Of a DNA stretch of 64,000 bases, positions 55,020 to 64,000 are shown piece after piece. The translations under genes and the position numbers were made by a program. Position 1 is the first letter of the stretch. Each line of letters starts with the position of its first letter. The DNA is from Octopus bimaculoides (Eukaryota), in assembly GCF_001194135.2 (NCBI RefSeq), contig NC_068992.1, positions 16,843,779 to 16,907,778 on the forward strand, read 5' to 3'. The notes below the pieces were generated by a model. That model saw only the letters and a list, made by a program, of their open reading frames with translations, had not been told where the DNA came from and searched no databases.

Positions 55020-57535
55020 TATACCTCGTACTTATATAAAGGGTTTATAATTATCAAGAAAATAAGAAGTTATCAAGTTATTAATAAATTTTGCATTGTA
55101 TATAAATATTATAACGTACATATATTAAGTATATTATAAACTTTTTCAGTTTGAAATTTGTATGAAAGCTATACTTTTTGCTACATTCGTATTATTTTAT
55201 TTATTACTGTTATATTTCTAATATTGTTTAATTATCTTTTAAAAAAAAAATATTTGTAATAATATAATAATTACCTAATCATTTCTTATTAATTCATTTA
55301 ATATATTGATTTAATATATATTTATTAGGAGAATTTAGTAAACAAAAGTTGATTATTAACCATACCGCAGAATTAATCTCTTTCAGAAATTAATTGACAA
55401 CTCAGTCTCTATGAAGCATAATTAATTCACCACAAATACTGTTTTAATAACCCCGTAATATTATTGTGCGAATTTCATCTGAATCAGTCTGTGATGAAAC
55501 ATATAATTTTATGATCTCTTATCTTGCAATTTCTCACAGATAGACTGCGACACTCAACTAGACATGAGTCATGTTTCTGAATCGTTGAGATAATAAAAAT
55601 CATGTTCTTAGCCATTCTATCGCATGTGTCAGTCTCATGAAATAATCGAACTTATCGCCGTAATCCAATGAAACACGTTAAAATTATAGTGCTGCCACGA
55701 CCATCAATACCGAAAAGCTGATAACGGAATATTATGAAACAAACTGAAAGCTAGTTCCCTGATATTGGGTCCACGTGTATTTTCAATAAGTAACCTTTGT
55801 GTTCAACCTCTATAAATATCGCCTCTTTGCAGCCGAAATACATTTATCTTGAGGAACATATTTGCAAGTATCTCTCTTATTAAATTACATTATAAACATT
55901 AGCTTATATCGTGTTCGTCTGGAGACCTGTCTCGACTAAATAGATTTCGATTAATATGAACGAGATAAATATTTTATTCATTAAGGAAGAACTAATAATT
56001 TCTGAGATGATAATCAGAAGAGAACTAAGAATGTATTATCGTTGTTTTTTGTTTTCTTTTGTTTTTTTGTTTTATTTTTCTTTTTTTTTTCTTTTGGTGG
56101 GTTCCGGTCTGGCTTTCATTCACACTACCTTACATGATGTCAATGACACGAAATATATGAAACTACAAATGTAACACTGACTGAATAACAGAAAGTTGAT
56201 ACAAACTTCATCTGTAATTCAGTATTCGCAACAATATTAATTATAAACAGCAGAAAAGCCCAACTATTTCTCTGCGCTTTCTTGTTGCGACCTGTACTAA
56301 AAAGCAAGCCGCATGGACTAGAGTAAGAAGGTCGAAGTGATCATTCCACCAGCTAGAATGATCACGTCGACGTGAATTACCAGATAATCCTTCCTTAAAC
56401 TATATTTAACCGTCATTTTACACGACAGAAATACCGGATATTGTAGGTTCAATTATAATATATCTGACAATCATACAGAATAGTCCTGGTTGGAGAACGA
56501 CAGTACCAATAACAAGCACAGCAAGAACTGTGTGTAATCAAAATTACTACGAAGTAGTCTAATGCTCATGTAAGATCGATCGTTCAATCGCGTTTCAGCG
56601 ATTCACCATGACGAGTGCTACATTTACTGATTAGTATGACTAGTAACCTTGCTTATTATGCTGTTCTGGTGAAGGGAAACATTTACTGAATTGATTTGCT
56701 TCCGGCTGATTTGAAAATGTCAACTGAAGTGGCATCCATTAAAAAAAATGATTTATGTATATGGTTTGTCAAATGTGACTTTTGGATTATCGACAGAGAG
56801 AAATGTCACCATTTAGTAAGTAAATTACTATCTCAGTGCTGCAGCATGTAGTGTAATTTCTGTATTTCGTATATTCGCAACAGTCCAATGTATGTAAAGA
56901 AGTAGAAATAAATAACATATAATCGATGATGTAATAGAATTACAGGCAATATTAGAAGTAACACATTATGTAGTTACTTATTGAGCAGAGTATCGTGGTA
57001 GAAGCGTCCTGGATCCCTAACCCAGCGTCCATAGATCGAAACTATATCATGCAAAGAAATAGATGTAATTTTCGATATTTATACATCGTACCTGAGTTGC
57101 CGACAACTATACCAACAATACACATGCATATGCACATGTTTTCTATTTAGCAGTATGAATTTATATATATATGGCAGGAATACTCTATATTGGTTCCTAA
57201 TTGGCAGGAATACTCTAAAAGCTAATTAACGAAAGTGAGCAGAAAGGAATACAACAACATGACTTTTCGTTTTGTGTATAGGGTAGTGGCACCGAATAAT
57301 AAACAAGTGTTTCGTTTCAATACGTCGTTTAGTTCAGAGCCCAATACAAGAGAAACGTATTGGCAGCCGTAATACCAAAATACACAACTAAATCACGAAA
57401 CGTCACACCTATAAGAGTAATCTGAAGTTTCTACTTTTAGTCCGGCATTCAACGTCATTCAATAAAATAGATAATGTGTAAATCAGGGGCGATAACCAAA
57501 CTGATCGTTTCCAATGATATCGTGAAATATCAACA

Positions 57536-57585
<50 letters not shown>

Positions 57586-58150
57586 TGTGTATTTGTGTAT
57601 ACATGTATAGTTATATAAGTATATATCATATAGAGGAATACATATAGTATACATACATACATACATACATATATATANNNNNNNNNNNNNNNNNNNNNNN
57701 NNNNNNNNNNNNNNNNNNNNNNNNNNNNNNNNNNNNNNNNNNNNNNNNNNNNNNNNNNNNNNNNNNNNNNNNNNNNNNNNNNNNNNNNNNNNNNNNNNNN
57801 NNNNNNNNNNNNNNNNNNNNNNNNNNNNNNNNNNNNNNNNNNNNNNNNNNNNNNNNNNNNNNNNNNNNNNNNNNNNNNNNNNNNNNNNNNNNNNNNNNNN
57901 NNNNNNNNNNNNNNNNNNNNNNNNNNNNNNNNNNNNNNNNNNNNNNNNNNNNNNNNNNNTGTGTGTGTGTGTGTGTGTTATTGAATTTGTATTGCAAGAT
58001 TCCTAGTGTGAAACCGTGTGTTGAAACAGATATTGTTGTATTTCAGGAAGGTCATTGTTTGTTTTTGTTTTGTTTTTTTCCCAAATAAGCATAGGCACTA
58101 TATATACGTTTCTCACTCTTTTATTACTGTTTTTATTCTACCTCCTGTTC

Positions 58151-58199
58151 ATTATCGGGTAATCTTTCGTCACACATCTGTGACCACTTCAGCGACAAT
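58151..58199 (-). ncRNA. Decayed hammerhead motif, same family as 59301-59346
   Basis: ATTGTCG-CTGAAGT-G-GTCACA-GATG-TGTGAC-GAAA-GATTACC-CGATAAT. 7-bp stem I and same stem II arms; A9 mutated to T and the cleavage region is damaged. Confidence 0.5.
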
Positions 58200-58319
58200 T
58201 TCAGTATTTCAGTCGTCATGTGTACTCCTGTCTGAACAGTAATAAACGAGTGAAGAACGAATATACAGTGCATGTGTTTATTTGGCAAAAAAAATTAATT
58301 AAATGGCCATCCCGAAATA

Positions 58320-58354
<35 letters not shown>

Positions 58355-59300
58355 CAATATATATACATGCAATATATATATACAATCATACAATATATTC
58401 ATATCTATAATATATGTATATACATATATACAATATAGATGCATATGTGTATATATATATATATATATGTGTATATATATATTTTTATGTATAGATATAT
58501 GTGTGTGTGTTTGTGTGTGGGGGGGGGTATGTATTCATATATGAACAAGTTTATAGATACAAGCATACATAAGTACTTACAGACGTGAATACGTACATAT
58601 GATTAAATACACAAAAGACATACATACATGCATACATAAATACATACATACATACATACATACATAAATGTGGGCATATTTTCGTTTACTTATTTCATAC
58701 TGTACATAAGCAATCATATACTACTTTATTCTGTTTCCGGTATCACTTCACATTTAGAATATGATTAAGTTATATATCTCATGATAAACGGAAAACCAAT
58801 AATCTTTAAATATTTCATAAGAACGTATGATATAAAAGAAGACTACATAAAACTCCACAAACTATAATCTAATGGGAATCAGTCACAGCTCCTTAGCGAT
58901 TTATATGGAGGATTACTTGTCTGTGTACAATATTAATGACAACAATTTATTGCATCGTTTGATTCACAACATAAATGTATTAAACTAAAGTAGAAATTGT
59001 GTAATATATACACACATATACACACATATACACACACACGTACATATATAAACATAGATATACACATATTTATACATAGATATAGATATATATATATACA
59101 ACACACATATACATATATATTTGTAGACATATATATATATATATGTGTGTGTGTGTATATCATATTATATACATAGATGTGTGTGTGTGTGTGTATATAT
59201 ATATATGTCTACAAATATATATGNNNNNNNNNNCACACGCACTGTATATTTGGTGTTAATTTGCTTCAGCTTTATATTACATTAATCTTAATCTTATTTC

Positions 59301-59346
59301 GGCCAGAGTTTTTTCGTCACACTTCTGTGACCTCATCAGTGGTCCT
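59301..59346 (-). ncRNA. Partly decayed minimal hammerhead ribozyme motif
   Basis: GGACCA-CTGATGA-G-GTCACA-GAAG-TGTGAC-GAAA-AAAC-TC-TGGCC. Intact core and perfect stem II; stem III is mismatched. Confidence 0.6.
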
Positions 59347-60535
59347 TTGTTTCCTTCCTTCTTATGTGTGTCTCACCTTGCTAAATATCAGTCTTGTGTC
59401 AAATTTCGAAACCAATACAATACACGCTACTAACATAGTTATATAATCCTTACTACTATAGGCACAAGGCCTGAAATTTTGGGGTCGGGAGATAGTCGAT
59501 TACGTCGACCGCAGTACACGTCAAGTACTTATTTGATCGGCCTTGAAAGGATGAAAAGCAAAGTCGACCTCGGTGGACTAAGAACTCAGAAATGTCGCTA
59601 AGCATTTTGTCTGGCGTGTTAATGAATCTGCCAGCTCGCCCCATTTATAGCATTAATTGTGTTATATATATAAGAATATCAATGATATCATTTCAGCTCA
59701 AAACGTTAGAATCTATAGCGTTTATATGTCAAACATTAAGCACAACACATGAAATTAGCACTTACTCCGCACTTAAGTGCTTTTGTGGAGGATAATATGA
59801 AAAGGGTGAGGTTTACGAGAACAGTTTTATTGAAGTTTCCAGGACTAATCAAGCATAATGAAATTACTATTCTGTTGTTTTCTGCCTTGTGAAAGATCTT
59901 TCTTTTTAATCTTTATTTACGTAACTGTAAATCGATTTAGGCGACTATATAGGTATTACATATAAAAGCTGATGGTACGGCATGGCTTCTTAAAATTGAT
60001 AACGTGTCCTCTGCTGAAACATTAGTTTTCTGTTGTACTGTTGTCATAGGAAGGTTTGGGGCTATTACAAGTAATGATGACCATGCACAAGACTCGTTTT
60101 TTGTCCAGTAAACCTCTGAATGTCTTAAATTCCATACTTTAACATTTCTATTGTGTACAGACTAGGAATTAACTATATAAGCTGTAGAAATAGATATCCT
60201 CTTTGTCTAGTGCTTTTATTCTAAGGTTCTGTGATGAAATAAACTGATTAAATAATATACGGTCAAATTTAATAATATGCAAAATATTGCTAACGGTAAT
60301 ATTGTGCTTCAATGCATCACATTCATTTATTAGAATAGGGAAAGTCTGGTCGGATTTATGGAATCAGCGCCACACCCACAACTCCAAAGCTAGCGGAGAA
60401 TACGTCTAACTTCAAAGGACTCAAATTGGGTTTTATTCATTCTTAGCTATCCTTCTCTACGGCTCGTGAATTATTCGAGGTTTCAGCTTATATATCCGTG
60501 TGTGTGTGTTTGCATAAATATATAATATAAATACA

Positions 60536-60572
<37 letters not shown>

Positions 60573-62001
60573 ACGTCCATCCATATATATATATATATNN
60601 NNNNNNNNNNNNNNNNNNNNNNNNNNNNNNNNNNNNNNNNNNNNNNNNNNNNNNNNNNNNNNNNNNNNNNNNNNNNNNNNNNNNNNNNNNNNNNNNNNNN
60701 NNNNNNNNNNNNNNNNNNNNNNNNNNNNNNTATATATACATGCATACACACAGATGTATGTATATACGTACGCATGTGTAAATGTGTATATATATATAAA
60801 TATATATCCATATATATATATATATACACACACATATTTGTATACATACACACTAACACACACGCACGCACATATTAACACACGCGCATACAGATCACAG
60901 ATACGTGTTTATAAAGAAATAATTGTGACACTAAATATCTTGGCATCCCAGTCACCAAGGCAATATATTATTGACTATGATATTTTTCTTGTGACATTTC
61001 TAAATCTGTATGGTATATCTCTAAGACTACATACAGGATTGTAACTCAGCAGATACTAGTATATAGAAAAGACAGATCGTTGATTGCTGGGTGGAAGACT
61101 ACGAATGTTTGCTTAGATTCACACAATACATCTGATTGTATGAAATAAGTTTGTTTGTCTTCTCACAGACATTAAGGAGACTAACTTCGTTGCTACATTA
61201 ATGCCAAGTGTGGCTACTTCTAGGAAGAAATTTGACGCAACTCAGTATGTTCTAATATATTAAATCGAGTTATTATAAAATATGTCTGCCAATCTCAGAA
61301 TTCTAATATATTTGGTAAATTGTTCAGCAAGTTTTTATTAGATACTGGAGTGTCAGAATCGATAAAGAATTGGACAAAATGCCTATGGATACACCTGTGG
61401 AAGAATGATTAAAGAGGAAATACTTAGCCCCTTCTACTGCAAGAAAAATGAAGAATAGGTGAATGTTGACATTAATGTAGTAGAATAAAAACATTTTACC
61501 ACCTCTGACTACGCAATTCTATTGTAGTCAACATTAAGAAGACAAAATTTACGATAATGTAATTCAAACTGCTTAGAGAAAGAAATGGAACAGAATTTAT
61601 TATATAAGTGCTACCCGGAAACATGTTCTGTATCCAAAGCATCCACAAAGAGATTAGGAATAAAAACGTGCAAGGACGCAGGCCGAAAAAAAAGAAAACG
61701 GCAAGGGATAGTTAATTCTACGTTGTAACAAAGAAACACGGGAGATTAACATTCCGAACCGTGATCTTCCGTCAAAAGACTCGGATGAAATAGAGAAAAA
61801 ATAAAGAATTTCGATATTGTTCTGTTATACCCGTAGCACGTCTTCAAATGGCTGACAGAAATAACAACATTTAAAGAATGTCCTCTAAATGTACTAAACG
61901 TACGCTGCTTAATAAATCTTCTCTGTATTTAAATGCTAGTTTTAGTATGTTAAATGTATCTACGTGGGAGAAGTGTGAAAGCATTTATGTAAGTTTAGGT
62001 G

Positions 62002-62068
<67 letters not shown>

Positions 62069-63794
62069 CGCGTGTGTGTGTGTGTGTGTGTGTGTGTACG
62101 TATGTATGTAATTACGAATTAAAAGCAGGTTAGTGTTGTAAACATTATCGACCGCACCTCCTCGGTGTACGTACTTTCCTTTTTCGCCGAAAGCTGCTGC
62201 ACAGCGCTTTGGGGACGACTCCGCCATAGCACAGGTATGTTAAAACACCTGACAGATTTAGACAAACGAGAAAACTCGCCTCCAATCCTATTCAGGATTG
62301 ATAGTTACCGATTTTTCGCAATTTTTGTGGTTCATCAACATTACGTATCTCAACAGAACCGGAGGCGAACGGAATCGCCAGTCTATAACGATATACAAAT
62401 AGTATAAGAAGCATTTGCTGGTATGCCAGGACGAAGCATACGTAAGGTTAAATTCAATTACGAATCATAAGAAGCGCTAGTTTTGTAAACTTATCGACCG
62501 CATATACTCAGTGAATGAATTTCATTCGTTAGCCGGTATGCTTCGGCCCACCGCTTTGTGAACGGCTCCCTCATAGCACGTAAAAACACGTGAAAATCAT
62601 AGACAACAAACTTCTGAAATGAATCGGTAAGCCCACATATAACATCCAAAGGTACATCTTTTTTTTTTCTCATGTCACATAAATGTAAATTTAATGTACA
62701 AATTTGTAATTAACTGATTGAGTTTTAATTGAAACGACTGTAAGATGTGAGTGAAGGTAAGCAATTTGTTAATAATAAACAATAATCAACTATCTTATTT
62801 GAAATTTATATTTAAAGATTTTCTAACAGTTAACTTTCATTTCTACTATGTTTTCAAGTAAATAGGAAGCTGGTACTAGGATGTGAGATTGGTTAATATT
62901 TTTTCATTTAAGTATTACAAAAAAACGTCAACAATCAATAGATAATATAGTTTTATTGTATGTCGCTTACGTTATCTAAAAACCTCTAGATAAGTTTTCA
63001 GAAAATAAAGATAAAAGAATCATACGAAATACGTACAAACTTGAGGACAGATTTCCTAAAAGTGAACAACTTACGTGATTGCCATAAAATGTAATAAAGT
63101 GGAATTGATCTATATTACGTATTGAAGAAATTTTTTTTTTAAATAAATTATTATTTCCTCGATATATTTAGTTTATAGTAAAAATAGCGTTATGATATAT
63201 ACGTAATATAGATTAGTTCCACATTATTATATTTTATGACAATCACGTAAGTTGTTCACTCTTAAAGCATCTCTACTCAAGTTTAAATGTATTTCGTAAG
63301 ATTATTTTTTCGTTTTGTTGAAAATTTATCTAGCTGTCTCTAGATAACGTAAGCGACATATAATAACTATATTGTCTATTCATTGTTGACTTTTTTGTAA
63401 TACTTAAATGAAAAAATATTAATCAATCTCACATCCTAGTACTAGCTTCATACTCACTTAAAAACATAATAGAAATGAAAGTTGACCAATAGCAAATCTT
63501 TAAATATAAATTTCAAATAACATATAACTCCTTATTTGGTATTTATGAACGTGCATAGACATATATCTTGACCAGTATTTTCTATAGCGAGTTTTTAAAA
63601 ATAGATATGTATTTGCTTTAATACTGAGGAAGTCAAAAATTTAAATATTAGTTATATAATCAGCCAAGTCCTTCAGTGTTTTCCGTCTAGATTCAACTAA
63701 TGCTGAGTGAAAGAATGAATATACAAATACCTGAAAAAATCCTATGTATATTTCAAACGTCTTTTTCTTTAATTTTTATTTTACTTAAATCTCA

Positions 63795-63876
63795 CCTACT
63801 GAAGAGGACAAATTCGATCTTTATGATGTTCTATTTATGGAAATCTTGGTCCTTTTGTCCGAAACAATTGTATAGG
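63795..63876 (+). ncRNA. Minimal type I hammerhead ribozyme motif with long stem II loop
   Basis: CCTA-CTGAAGA-GGACAAA-(41 nt)-TTTGTCC-GAAA-CAATTG-TA-TAGG. 4-bp stem I, perfect 7-bp stem II, palindromic stem III ACAATTGT, GUA triplet. Confidence 0.85.
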
Positions 63877-64000
63877 AATATTGAAATATGAAATAAAATT
63901 AATCCAATTTTTTTTTCCAATTTGATTCATTTATTCTATTTGATGTGATTTATCAAAATTTGGTTTAACAAAATAAGTCTCATATTGATTATATATATAT

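Noticed and set aside
57172-57217. 16-bp direct repeat TGGCAGGAATACTCTA with 30-bp period; also a 13-14-bp x3 repeat at ~14583-14624
   Set aside because: Only 2-3 units with no spacer array; ordinary slippage duplications, not CRISPR-like.
53341-61245. Plus-strand exon candidates at 53341-53422, 53814-~53868 and ~61168-61245
   Set aside because: Strong acceptors, but no coherent ORF or recognisable protein.
62713-62746. CTGATTGA...GAAACGACTGTAAGAT, resembling the 2.4-kb hammerhead
   Set aside because: The core has an insertion, and there is no stem I or credible stem II.

Overview
AT-rich, microsatellite-saturated, gap-ridden eukaryotic DNA. The SINE families, compound (AC)n/(AGAT)n/(ATT)n repeats and N-gaps at microsatellites strongly resemble an Octopus short-read assembly (my inference). 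None of the listed long ORFs is a real gene. The left half holds the 5' part of a minus-strand spliced gene: a TATA/first exon at about 30.35-30.6 kb and coding exons at 14702-14790 and 10848-10956. These join in frame to give a hydrophobic leader followed by RFSTTFNKWNYTFDPC...GDKC, possibly a secreted MRH-like protein; the downstream exons were not resolved. Mobile DNA: two R4/Dong-type LINE RT remnants, a decayed mariner with both TIRs nested in a SINE, an hAT/Charlie-type end, LINE 3' remnants and more than 20 tRNA-derived SINE copies. The best hidden signal is a set of minimal type I hammerhead ribozyme motifs of the Penelope-like-element kind. Two have intact cores (2371-2420 minus, 63795-63876 plus), two are related and decayed (58151-58199, 59301-59346), and an inverted pair of hammerhead-like cores shows an apparent G3:C8 swap (49821-49930). 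All coordinates were read by eye.
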